From Octopus sinensis (Eukaryota), in NCBI RefSeq assembly GCF_006345805.1, contig NC_042999.1, positions 127,100,001 to 127,164,000 of the forward strand: 64,000 bases of DNA, in the 5' to 3' direction. Positions 52,322-63,454 of this stretch are shown here, in pieces. The position numbers were made by a program, and so were the translations under genes. A model generated the notes under the pieces. It was not told the DNA's origin and made no database searches. It worked only from the letters and a program-made list of their open reading frames with translations. Position 1 is the stretch's first letter; each line of letters begins with the position of its first letter.

Positions 52322-53632
52322 ATGATTTACCAAAGACTTGAGGTATTTCGTGTTGCAAGACGGTGTGTGAGAGAGAATCGTGATGTGGTAGGAGAGAAAT
52401 GTGTTCGCATGGATGATGGTTCACTTGCGCTAAATGAGGATGCAAAGAGAGAGGTTTGGAAACACCACTATGAAAGGTTGTTGAATAAAGAAAATGAATG
52501 GGATAAAGAGAGTCTGCCGAATGTCAACCCAACAGAGGGACCAGCTATCCGAGTTGACAGTTCTTTGGTAGTTAAGGCAATTAGGAGCATGAAGACAGGA
52601 AAAGCCCCAGGCCCATCAGGAATTACTGCAGTGATGCTCAAAATATCTGGCAGTGTCGGCTATAGCCTAGTCACCCGTATAGTTAACCAGGTGATACACA
52701 AAGGAGTCATACCCAATGACTGGTGTAGCAGCATAATAGTCAACTGCTACAAAGGTAAAGGTGATGCCCTAGATACGAATAATTACAGAGGTATCAAGTT
52801 GTTGGATCAGGTAATGAAGGTTACGGAGAGGGTCATAGCCCAACTGATAAGGGAGAGAGTCAACTTGGATGAGATGCAGTTTGGTTTCGTGCCAGGGAAA
52901 AGCACCACTGATGCCATATTTCTGGTGAGACAGCTGCAGGAGAAATACCTAGCCAAAGATAAGCCCCTGTACCTGGCTTTCATTGACATGGAGAAAGCCT
53001 TCGACAGGGTCCCCCGATCCCTTATCTGGTGGTCAATGAGGAAACTAGGGATAGATGAATGGCTGGTGAGAGCTGTGCAAGCCATGTACAGGGATGCTGT
53101 AAGTAAGGTTAGGGTTGGCAACGTGTACACTGAAGAATTCCGGGTAGAGGTTGGGGTCCACCAAGGTTCAGTCCTCAGCCCCCTCCTATTTATCATAGTC
53201 CTCCAGGCAATTACAGAGGAATTCAAGACAGGATGCCCCTGGGAGCTCCTATATGCTGATGACCTTGCTCTAATTGCTGAGTCACTATCAGAACTGGAGG
53301 AGAAGTTTCAGGTGTGGAAGGAGGGATTAGAATCGAAGGGCCTTAGAGTCAACCTAGCTAAAACCAAAGTCCTAATAAGTAGGAAGGTAGACAAATCACA
53401 AATGCCTTCAGGTAGATGGCCCTGCTTGATCTGTAGAAAAGGCGTAGGTAGAAACTCTATAAGATGTACCCAGTGTAAGCTATGGACACATAAGAGGTGC
53501 AGCAATGTCAAAGGAAGGCTAACTGGGAAGATAATTTTTGTATGTGGCAGATGCTCAGGAGCAATAAACACTGAAAATCTGCAGAAAACAACTTCCGTCA
53601 CTTTCCGGGGGGAAAAAATTAGAAGTAGTTGA
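52322..53632 (+). pseudogene. RTE ORF2 reverse transcriptase (truncated, frameshifted)
   Basis: Canonical non-LTR RT motifs in a 436-aa open frame; lacks the APE endonuclease. Confidence 0.9.
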
Positions 53633-54830
53633 TAGCTTCCGTTATCTAAGTGACCAAGTCAGTAGTGGGGTTGGGTGTGCTGAAAGTGTAACTTCTAGAG
53701 TAAAAATAGCCTGGGCAAAGTTCAGGGAGCTCTTACCTCTGCTGGTGACTAAAGGCCTCTCGCTCAGAGTAAAAGGCAGACTGTATGATGCATGTGTACG
53801 AACAGCCATGCTACATGGCAGTGAAACATGGGCTGTGACTGCTGAGGATAAGCATAAGCTCGCGAGGAATGAAGCCAGTATGCTCCGATGGATGTGTAAT
53901 GTCAGTGTGCATACTCGACAGAGTGTTAGTACCTTGAGAGAAATGTTGGACCTAAGAAGCATCAGCTGTGGTGTGCAAGAGAGATGATTGTGCTGGTATG
54001 GTCATGTGGAGAGAATGGATGAAGATAGGTGTGTGAAAAAGTGCCAATCCCTAGTAGTTGAGGGAATCCGTGGAAGAGGTAAACCCAGGAAAACCTGGGA
54101 CGAGGTGGTGAAGCACGACCTTCGAACTTTAGGTCTCACCGAGGCAATGACTAGCGACCGAGACCTTTGGAAATATGCTGTGCGTGAGAAGACCCGGCAG
54201 GACAAGTGAGTCCAGCCCACTTATGCATGTCTTTCCTCCCTTGGACACACAAAGACCTGTTGAGGCAAGTGAAGTTGAAATTGAACCTCATTCGACGACA
54301 GGCACCCATGCCAACCTCCCTTCATTGGACACTAAACTCTGCTTGCGAAGACCTGTTGGGGCAAGTGAAATCGGAATCGAAATTGAACTGACTCCTGTGC
54401 AGGTGGCAAGTGAAGAAACACCATTTCGACCCTGTGCTTGAGGAGATCCATTGAGTCAAGTACACCAACATCAAAATCAATAGAAATTGCAGTTGCGATC
54501 CCTGTGCCGATGGCATGTAAAGAGCACCATCTGAATGTGGCCGATGCCAGCGCCGCCTTGACTGGCTTCCGTGCTGGTGGCACGTAAAATGCACCAATCT
54601 GATCGTGGCTGTTGCCAGACTCGCCTGGCACCTGTGCAGGTGGCACGTAAAAAGCACCCACTATACTCACGGAGTGGATGGCGTTAGGAAGGGCATCCAG
54701 CTGTAGAAACATTGCCAGATAAGACTGGAGCCTGGTGCAGCCTTCTGGCTTCCAGATCCTTGGTCAAACCGTCCAACCCATGCTAGCATGGAGAATGGAC
54801 GTTAAACGATGATGATGATGATGATGATGA
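52330..54830 (+). mobile_element. Young 5'-truncated RTE LINE (RT, PHD-like insert, C-terminus, about 620-bp 3' UTR, (GAT)n tail)
   Basis: ORF 52322-53632: KAPGPSG, NYRGIKLL, QFGF, FIDMEKAFD, GVHQGSVLSP, YADD. Frameshift near 53610, continuing in 53745-54209. Confidence 0.95.
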
Positions 54831-54967
54831 TATGTATGTTAAGCTTTTGTAATATCCTGAAATTTATGATTTCTATTTAATACTGGTTGTTTGTCTTGGA
54901 ATGATTACAAAAGATATGTTGTTAGTTCTAACCATGCAAATACAGACATAAAACATACACACACACT

Positions 54968-55305
54968 CCGCATGGCTCAGTGGTTAGAGCGTCGAGCTTA
55001 CGATCGTGAGGTTGTGAGCTCGAATCCCGGACCGGGCTGCGTGTTGTGTTCTTGAGCAAGGCACTTTATTTCACGTTGCTCCAGTTCACTCAGCTGTAGA
55101 AATGAGCTGCGATGTCACTGGTGCCAAGCTGTATCGACCTTTGTCTTTCCCTTGGATAACACTGGTGGTGTGGAGAGGGAAGGCTGGTATGCATGGGCGA
55201 CTGCTGGTCTTCCATAAACAACCTTGCCCGGACTTGTGTCTAGGAGGGTAACTTTCTAGGTGCTATCCCATGGTCATTCATGACCGAAGGGGGTCTTTAC
55301 CCCCT
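54968..55305 (+). mobile_element. Young tRNA-derived SINE family A
   Basis: A box tggctcagtgg; B box-like gctcgaatccc; CpG-intact. Confidence 0.85.
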
Positions 55306-55346
55306 TTTATATTTATATCATCTGTATCTATCTATCTATCTATACA

Positions 55347-55378
<32 letters not shown>

Positions 55379-55449
55379 CACATACATATGCATATACATA
55401 TATGTGTGTGTGTATGCATATATGTGTGCGTATGTATGTATATATATAT

Positions 55450-55489
<40 letters not shown>

Positions 55490-55492
<3 letters not shown>

Positions 55493-55606
55493 CCTGCTCG
55501 CTTAGCCAGTGGGGTGGCGTCATTCGAAGGCTAAAACAATGCGAACGCATTGTGACCAGCGATGTGGCAACATCTGATGGTCTGGTCGGTCACGTGATCA
55601 CGTGAT
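55490..55606 (+). repeat. Short interspersed repeat, also present at 1-58
   Basis: gcattgtgaccagcgatg...catctgat...ctggtcggtcacg shared with the window start. Confidence 0.7.
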
Positions 55607-55724
55607 ATATATATATATATATACAATTAAGGGCTCCTAAATAAAGATGCCGAGTGCTGGGAACACAAAAAGGGGATGAATTTATCGAGAGTGAAAATCA
55701 AAAACATTTACCGATAACTTTAAC

Positions 55725-55800
55725 AACTCGTACCGCGGTTTCTGCTTCTTTCTAGCAAAACACAGAATATGTTTGCTAAGGCTAGCTTCATCAGTGAGTC
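55725..55800 (-). ncRNA. Type I hammerhead ribozyme (inverted copy)
   Basis: Reverse complement gactca-CTGATGA...GAAAC-cgcg-GTA-cgagtt, with palindromic stem III accgcggt. Confidence 0.72.
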
Positions 55801-56207
55801 GCCTGAATTTAATTGAGGTCTGCAGCGATGTGGGGCTATATGTTAAACCCGACTACTAGCAGATCTTAACTTTTCAAATCTCTGCGCAGACGCAAAATTT
55901 ACACGGGCATGCCGGGAAGAATTTTACGAATAAATTCATCATGTAGTATGCGAATATATTTTTCTATATGAATATTATTTTTGTCTCATGACTAATTCGT
56001 CTTTTGTGCTGGGCACCTGGTAGTAAATAATATTACTACCCTTCTTGTTTATATTCGCATACTACATGATGAATTTATTCGTAAAATTCTTCCCGGCATG
56101 CCCGTGTAAATTTTGCGTCTGCGCAGAGATTTGAAAAGTTAAGATCTGCTAGTAGTCGGGTTTAACATATAGCCCCACATCGCTGCAGACCTCGATTAAA
56201 TTCAGGC

Positions 56208-56283
56208 GACTCGCTGATGAAGCTAGCCTTAGCAAACATATTCTGTGTTTTGCTAGAAAGAAGCAGAAACCACGGTACGAGTT
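56208..56283 (+). ncRNA. Type I hammerhead ribozyme
   Basis: gactcg-CTGATGA(56214)-agct[tagcaaa/tttgcta hairpin]agca-GAAAC(56266)-cacg-GTA-cgagtt. Confidence 0.75.
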
Positions 56284-56537
56284 GTTAAAGTTATCGGTAA
56301 ATGTTTTTGATTTTCACTCTCGATAAATTCATCCCCTTTTTGTGTTCCCAGCACTCGGCATCTTTATTTAGGAGCCCTTAATTGTATAACCACATGAATA
56401 ATATTTTTCTATATGAATAATATTTTTGTCTCATGACTAATTCGTCTTTTGTGCTGGGCACCTGGTAGTAAATAATATTACTACCCTTCTTGTTTATATT
56501 CGTATATATATATATATATTATATATATATATATATG

Positions 56538-56972
56538 AATTAATATAAACAACCAGATACAATGTGATACAATACAGGAAAGATTCAATTGTCACCAAGT
56601 GTGACTTAGGATGCCAGAGCACCTACATTGCTAAAACTAAGAGTTAAAATACTCTTAATGCTGTAAGAAGAGTGCATACAATATACTCACATGCTGACGG
56701 AGAAGCAACCACACCAAGACCACTTCAAGGATCCTCAGACTAGATCTAGTTTCATCTATAACTGTCGACATCATCAGTGAGGACTGCTTGAATGGTGCAT
56801 GATCAGCTAATTCCCTCTGCCAGCATATACGTATTTACCATAAAAATTTATGCACAATTTAGCTAACTGGTAATGCATATACTAACAATTAATATAAACA
56901 GCCAAGCACAATGTGATACCATAAAGGAAAAATATAATCATCACTAAGTGTGACTTAGGATGCTGGAGCACC
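56538..56972 (-). mobile_element. Retrozyme-like unit: 349-bp monomer with an 86-bp terminal direct repeat
   Basis: Diverged direct repeats 56538-56623 and 56887-56972 enclose one hammerhead. Confidence 0.7.
56732..56783 (-). ncRNA. Type I hammerhead ribozyme
   Basis: Reverse complement tcctca-CTGATGA-tgtc..gat-GAAAC-tagatcta-GTC-tgagga. Stem I is perfect, stem III actagatctagt is a perfect palindrome, and the cleavage triplet is GUC. Confidence 0.78.
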
Positions 56973-56989
56973 GCCATTTGGGCTCAACT

Positions 56990-57305
56990 CTCCTCCCCAC
57001 TTTTCATCTACCTCCTCCCCGACTCCTACTTCTCTTCACTCCTACATCTTTTCACCCCGACTCTCTTTCCCTCTTCTTCCCTTCTTTCCCTTCTTCCCTC
57101 TTCTCCCTCTTCTTCTCTCTTCTTCCCTCTTCCCCTTCTCTCTTTCTCTCTGCTCCCTCACTCCCCTTCTCTCCCCCTCCCCCTCCCCCTCCTCCTCTAC
57201 CTCCCCCTCTACCTCCCCCTCTACCCCCCCTCTACCCCCCCTCCCCTCCTCCTCACATACCCCTCCCCAAATACCTCACTTCTAACCCCACCCTCTACCT
57301 ACCCA
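56990..57305. repeat. Polypyrimidine/C-rich low-complexity tract
   Basis: Directly visible; the source of the poly-Pro ORF. Confidence 0.9.
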
Positions 57306-57329
57306 CGCTCTGGGCGACATTGGGGTAAT

Positions 57330-57620
57330 TGTACACAGCCACCAGCCCACAGTCGACGCTATGGCGACCAGAGCTTGCTCTGGGCATTAGTGTCACGGGT
57401 TGGGTTGGGTTGGCAGATTTACCTACTCCGCATTGCGAGCAGTGGAACAAGATGCGTCTTCTTCAAAGCAATTGCTCCCTCGAAGCAAATTAAATAAAAT
57501 TTGAGATACGTGGAACGTCAAAGCTGCTAACAAAAACAGGACAGTGAAAACATTCGGTAAGGGCTGTTTAAGCCTAATGAGGTGAAGTGGTGAACGGTGG
57601 AGAATAAAAGCTTTGACAAG
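57330..57620 (+). mobile_element. Possible LINE 5' UTR and APE endonuclease start remnant
   Basis: gat acg tgg aac gtc = DTWNV and a later EVKW resemble APE motifs TWNV and SEVRW; frames are broken. Confidence 0.3.
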
Positions 57621-58017
57621 AGACAGACAAGAATGCGTGTTATTAGTTATAAACTGAACGAGAAGAAAAAGAATTACATTTAGAAATAGAGATCTATAAT
57701 TATCGAGGAGAGAATTTGAGTTAGAAATAGAGAACTATAAATATTGTATTATGCATAAAGTGGTGGCTTACATTCGGGGCTTCCAACTTCTCTGTAAAAT
57801 ATAAGATAGTCGCAAAATCATGGCACATGTCACCATCGATTACAAACACCGGTGGAAGATAAAAGTTCCAGAGGAGATTCTTGTTCTTTCGTTTGTACAA
57901 GGATCGTATTACGAAATAGAATAGAAAATAAACGTCTTGGGCATATAAAATGAGATAACATGAGATATCAAGGTGTTATAAACTTGAAACCTACTAGAAT
58001 ATAATAGATTATAAATA

Positions 58018-60583
58018 TCAAGTCATCCAATCAGTTCTGTCCAATTTTACATCTTTTTTTAGATGTGAATGAAATTTAATAGTATTTTCAAATGTCTAAT
58101 TCAATTAAAAATTATTTTTATGCATTTGTGTACGTTTACACTAATTCCATATTGTTTTACAAAATAATAGAGGGTATTCACAAAGTCTGCGTACATGGGG
58201 ATTAACACCTACTTTTAAAACAAACCAATTTTATTTAATTATAATGTTAATAAATAGTATTTTCAAAGTGATTTCCATCATTTTTCAATGCATAACTTGA
58301 TGCGCCTTGCAAAATTCAGGTGAACTTGATTAAATAAGTCTACATTGCCATCAATTTCAGCACACTGACTGGTAATGCGTTCTCTCATGTGTTTTAAATC
58401 TGTAATCTTTATTGTAATCTTTCTCTTTCAACATACCCCAGAAAAAGAAATCAAGGGGAAAGAGGTCTGGTGAATGAGGAGACCTTTCCATATGAGCCCT
58501 TCTTCCAAACCAGTGAGGAAAAGTGTCATTAAGCCAATCTCTAACAGTTGTGGCAAAATGGGTAGGGGCCCCATCCTGCTGAAACCAATTCGGAAGGCCC
58601 TCGCCTAGGCGCTCAATTTGAGATATTAATTTGTCTCTCAATATGTTTACATAAGTCTCATCCGTTACATGTTCAATGAAGAAGGGTCCTAGAACATGCG
58701 CTTTCCACAAACCACACCATACCATCACCTTTTTGCTGCCTTGCTGTTTGGATGGATCCATCCAATGTGGATTACCTCGAGACCAGTATAGAAAATTCTG
58801 TCTGTTGACCTCACCATTTACATAAAACGTAGCTTTGTCACTGAACAACAAAGTTTTTCGTAAAATTGATATTTTCATCCAATTTATCTGAAAACCATTC
58901 GCACGTCTACATTCGTCTACCAGGGTCATCTTCATTTAAGTGATGCAATATCTGTAGGTTGTATCGATGAAACTTTTCCTCAACCAGCATTTTGTGGATG
59001 GTTGGTTTTGGAACATCTAACACCGTGGATGTCCGACGAAGTGATTTCTTTGGGCTAGCAGAAACTTTAGCCATGACAGCCTCTTTCGTTTCATCCGAAG
59101 TATTTGGTCGCCCAGAACGGGGTTTATCCAAAACACTGCCTGTTTCTTTAAATTTCTTGATCAATTTCCCGACGGCAGTAAAAAAAATAGGTTGCCTATA
59201 AGGGTGTCGAAGATTAAATTCTTCCGCAATTTTGCGATAAGACCATCCCTCTCGTCCACTTAATAATACTAACTCGATTCTTTCTTCCATCATTCGATCT
59301 GGGATTCTTTCTTCTTTAGACAGAGCCATCATTCGATCATCTGTAGAAAAGTAACAAATAAATTTAGAAAAGTAAAGTATTTTTTAAATTTAATTTAAAC
59401 AAAAGTAAAAAAGGAAAATTATTATTTCTTATATTTGTTTATGTTATGATTTTATTCCATGTACCCAGACTTCGTGGGCACCCTAAAATTGCTTTGATTA
59501 AAACCCTTTCAACATGGAAGTATCCAAGGAGCATTTAATGCACATATAATTCTTTATGAGTACAACAAAGGTAACTCTGCAGCCGAAGTGACTCGAAACA
59601 TACACTCAGTTTATGGGAAAGTGCTTGAATGAAAGAGCTTGCAGGAGATCGTTTGCAAAATTGAAGATGAAGATCGAATAGGATGTCCAGTTGAGTTTGA
59701 TGATAAGCTCCTTGAGGCATTACTTGAAGAAAATCCGTCATTATCAGTTGAAGAAATGGCAATAAAGCTTACTTCAAACCATACAGCAGTTCATCGTCAT
59801 CTTCAACAACGTGGAAAGATTCCTAAACTTAGAAAATAGGTGCCTCATGTATTGTCCGAAAGCAACAGCAAATCCCGAGTTGACATCTGCTCTTCTCTCC
59901 ATTCTCGCAAACTCATTTTACCCTTTTTCGATAGACTTGTGACAAAAATGGATTTTCTATCGAAATGTAAAACATCGTAAACTCTGGCTTAGTAAAAGGG
60001 AAAATGCTCAACCACAACCGAGAAGGGAATTTCATGGGAAAAAGGTTCTACTCTATCTGGTGCGATTGCAAAGGCGTAATTCACTTTATATTGTTACCAC
60101 TTAATACAACAATCAATGCTCAAGTCTACTGTCAGCAATTAGAGCGTTTGAACCAAGCTTTGAAAGGAAAAAGAGCCGCTTTAGTGAGTCGAAAACGAGT
60201 GATGTTTCATCAGGACAATGCACAACCCCACACTGCAAAGACCACATCACAAGATCGAAGACGTCGGTTTAGAAAAATTTCTTCATCCAACTTATTCTCC
60301 CGACCTTACTCCTTCAGGATACCATTTGTTTCATAGTTTACAGAATTATTAGGGGGACACAACTTTCGCAAGCCAGGAGGAGGTCGAACTTGACATTTCA
60401 GAGTTCTTCACTTTGAAACCAAAAGAGTTTTACATTGATGGGATTAAAAAGCTTGTAAATAGATGGAAGTAAGTCATAGATAATCAGGGAAAGTACATTG
60501 ATGATTAACTTTCAATTAGATATAACATTTGATCACTTGGATTCTTTATCCAAAATTCGGACAGAACTTATGGGATGACTTGA
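58018..60583 (+). mobile_element. Decayed mariner interrupted by a rosa-like element
   Basis: TIRs tcaagtcatccaatcagttctgtccaatttt (58018) / aaaattcggacagaacttatgggatgacttga (60583). The coding part 59514-60507 has VPHVL, HQDNAQPH and YSPDL. Confidence 0.85.
58170..59485 (-). mobile_element. rosa/Visitor-like (DD40-41D) Tc1/mariner transposon, full-length, frameshifted
   Basis: TIRs agggtattcacaaagtctgcgtacatgg / ccatgtacccagacttcgtgggcaccct; FSDKATF; FQQD-x40-D (SPDLFPLDFF), counted by hand. Confidence 0.88.
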
Positions 60584-60591
60584 GATATATA

Positions 60592-61300
60592 CACCGGCGA
60601 AAATATATTTAAGACCAACGATAAAAGTTCTATTTCTTACAAAATATTTTGTTACTAACACCATACAAATTATTTATATCTTTTACATCTTATGCAAAAT
60701 TTATTTCTCTTTCGAATGATGCAAACAATTTTTATACAACTTGAAGAATTCTAATGCTAAATTAATATATATTTCTTTACTGCCCACAAGGGGCTAAACA
60801 TAGAGGGGACAAACAAGGACAGACAAACGGATTAAGTCGATTACATCGACCCCAGTGCGTAACTGGTACTTAATTTATCGACCCCAAAACTATGAAAGGC
60901 AAAGTCGACCTTGGCGGAATATAAACGTTTCAAATTTACCGGCAAAATTAGTTTAAGACCATGTAATATGTATGCAATTTTTTTAGCCAAAATGGGTGGT
61001 CACACAACGAGCCTAAATGCACCATATAAAGTTATAATTTAATGTTATTATACAATTTATTAATAATGGGAAAACAACGTAGCCTTAGTCCAGTCACGAG
61101 AGCAAAAATCGTATATTACAGCAAAAAGTTTCCTTTTCAAACATCAGCAAGCAACTAAAGTGCAGTAAACCGGCTTGCATGCAAGCATGGAAGTTACACT
61201 CGGAGACTGGCCAATATAAATATCGGCAAAGGACTAGTAACAGAATATTTTGTAAGAAATAGAACTTTTATCATCGGTCTTAAATTTATTTTCGCCAGTG
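60592..61300 (+). mobile_element. Internally deleted Tc1-like element with about 66-bp TIRs and a SINE C insertion (60770-60922)
   Basis: caccggcgaaaatatatttaagacc...ttttgttacta / tagtaacagaata...ggtcttaaatttattttcgccagtg; ATG GGA AAA CAA (MGKQRSLSP..RAKI) at 61066. Confidence 0.8.
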
Positions 61301-61459
61301 TGTATATTATATATATATAATGTATATAATACGAGAATTTTAATGGAGATAACCTGCAGTATATAGTACAACATTTTTGTCTCCGTATATGAGCTAAGTA
61401 TTAATAAAACACCATACTGCTTCAGCACATTCATGAGCCTCTATGTCAGTGCTGGGAAG

Positions 61460-63076
61460 AGGGTACAGTCCCTCAGGATATGCGGGATGCTAACATCATT
61501 ACGCTTTACAAAAACAAAGGTGACCGTGGTGATTGTAACAATTACCGTGGAATACCTCTTCTAAGCACTGTTGGAAAGGCCTCTGCTCGCATTATCCTGT
61601 CCAGGCTGCAACTGCTTGCTTCTCGAATTTATCCAGAATCGCAGTGTGGCTTTAGAAGCAGATCAACTATTGACATGATATTCTCCATACGCCAACTTCA
61701 GGAGAAGTCCAGAGAGCAGAAAATGCCATTATATATGGCCTTCATTGATCTGACAAAGGCCTTTGACTTGGTAAGTAGAAAAGGCCTCTTCATCCTGCTC
61801 CAAAAAATCAGATGTCCACCAAAGCTGCTGAGGATCATCACATCTTTCCATGATGATATGCAAGGCACCATACAGCACAATGGTTCAACATCATCCGCCT
61901 TCCAAATAAAAAATGGGGTAAAGCAAGGTTGTGTCCTTGCTCCTACATTATTTGGCATCTTCTTCTCGCTGCTGCTGTCACATGCCTTTGTGACATCAGA
62001 TGATGGAATGTTTCTGCACAGTAGAAGTGATGGGAAAATGTTCAATCTCTCGCGTCTGTGTGCCAAGACCAAAATCAGAAGCGTCCTGATCAAGGAGATG
62101 CTATTTGCTGATGATGCCGCTCTGGTATCACACACAGAAGAAGCCCTACAAAGGCTCATCAACTGTTTTGAGCAAGCATGTGGCAACTTTGGCTTAGTTA
62201 TCAGCCTCAAGAAGACCAACATCATGGGTCAGGCTACATCGACCATCCCAAACATACATATTGGAGACCACAGACTACAGGAGGTGGAGAAGTTTACCTA
62301 TCTTTGCTCTACCGTCACCTACAACCTATCTCTTGATACTGAGCTCAATATATGCATTGGCAAGGCAGCTGCTGTGATGGCTCAACTCTCCAAACGGGCA
62401 TGGGACAACAATAAGCTGACCAAGACCACAAAAATGAAGATTTACCAGGCATGTGTACTTAGCACTCTACTGTATGGAAGTGAGACTTGGACGCCATACA
62501 CATGCCATACGACGCCATACGTCGCCTAAATATCTTTCACCTGCGCAGTCTCCGGAAAATCTTTCGCATCAAATGGCAGAATCATGTACCCAACAAGCAA
62601 GCAGGAATACCAAGCATGTTTACACTCCTCACACAAAGACGTATGAGATGGCTTCGACATGTTATCCGTATGGAAGATGGCAGAATCCCCAAGGACATAC
62701 TCAACGGAGAGCTTGCTAGGGGCACTAGGTCTGTGGGAAGACCGTTCTTACGATACAAGGATGTTTGCAAAAGAGACATGAATGCTTGCAACATTAATAT
62801 TACCAACTGGTAAAAGAGGGAACATAAAGGAGTGAAATAGAGGGAGAGGAGAAATGGAAAGACAAGAAAAGACGTCAACAAGAAGGTATGACATTACAAC
62901 CAGCCAGGCAAAGTCTTCGCTACATTTGCGGCACCTGCCAGAGGGAGTGTTTGTCCAGGATAGGACTACACAGCCACAGCAGGAGATGTATTAGGACATG
63001 AAATGTAAAAGTCCGACTAGATTATTTTATGTGCAACTCCATTGTCTCCCGAGACAAAAAGGATGCCAACAACAAT
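61460..63076 (+). mobile_element. RTE (BovB-like) LINE, 5'-truncated, (CAA)n tail
   Basis: ORF 61480-62529: NYRGI, QCGFR, FIDLTKAFD, GVKQGCVLAP, FADD. Then RWLRHVIRM...GRP.LRYKD and a C-terminal C2H2 YICGTCQRECLSRIGLHSHSRRC. Confidence 0.93.
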
Positions 63077-63385
63077 ATATATGGATTTCGTAAACAGGAA
63101 CTGAAACAAATCAATCGTATATATATGTATATATGTAAGTGTATGTGTGTGTGTCTTTGTGTCTGTGTTTCACCCTCATCACTGCTTCACAACTGCTGTT
63201 CATTTATTTACATCCGCAAAACTTACTGGTTTCACAAGAACAAACTAATAGAATAAGTACTAGGCTTATCAACATAAAAAAGCACTAGGCTGTGTCTCAT
63301 ATTTTTGTTTGCCCACTCAGTTGTATCTATCAATTTATCTTTGTGTGTGTGTGTATCTATATCTTTATCTATCTATCTATCTATC

Positions 63386-63448
<63 letters not shown>

Positions 63449-63454
63449 ATATAA

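Larger units (their letters stand above)
55620..56502 (+). mobile_element. Young hammerhead-bearing PLE pseudo-LTR/retrozyme-like insertion (339-bp inverted arms, 445-bp monomer)
   Basis: Arms 55620-55958/56050-56388 with 3 mismatches seen; 102-bp direct repeat 55956-56057/56401-56502; flanked by (TA)n. Confidence 0.85.

Noticed and set aside
52807-53601. Antisense ORFs over the RTE (also 61698-62225 and 16374-16661)
   Set aside because: Shadow frames of retrotransposon coding sequence.
56960-57328. Proline-rich (formin/extensin-like) ORF
   Set aside because: Low-complexity C/T tract; no flanking domain or splice support.
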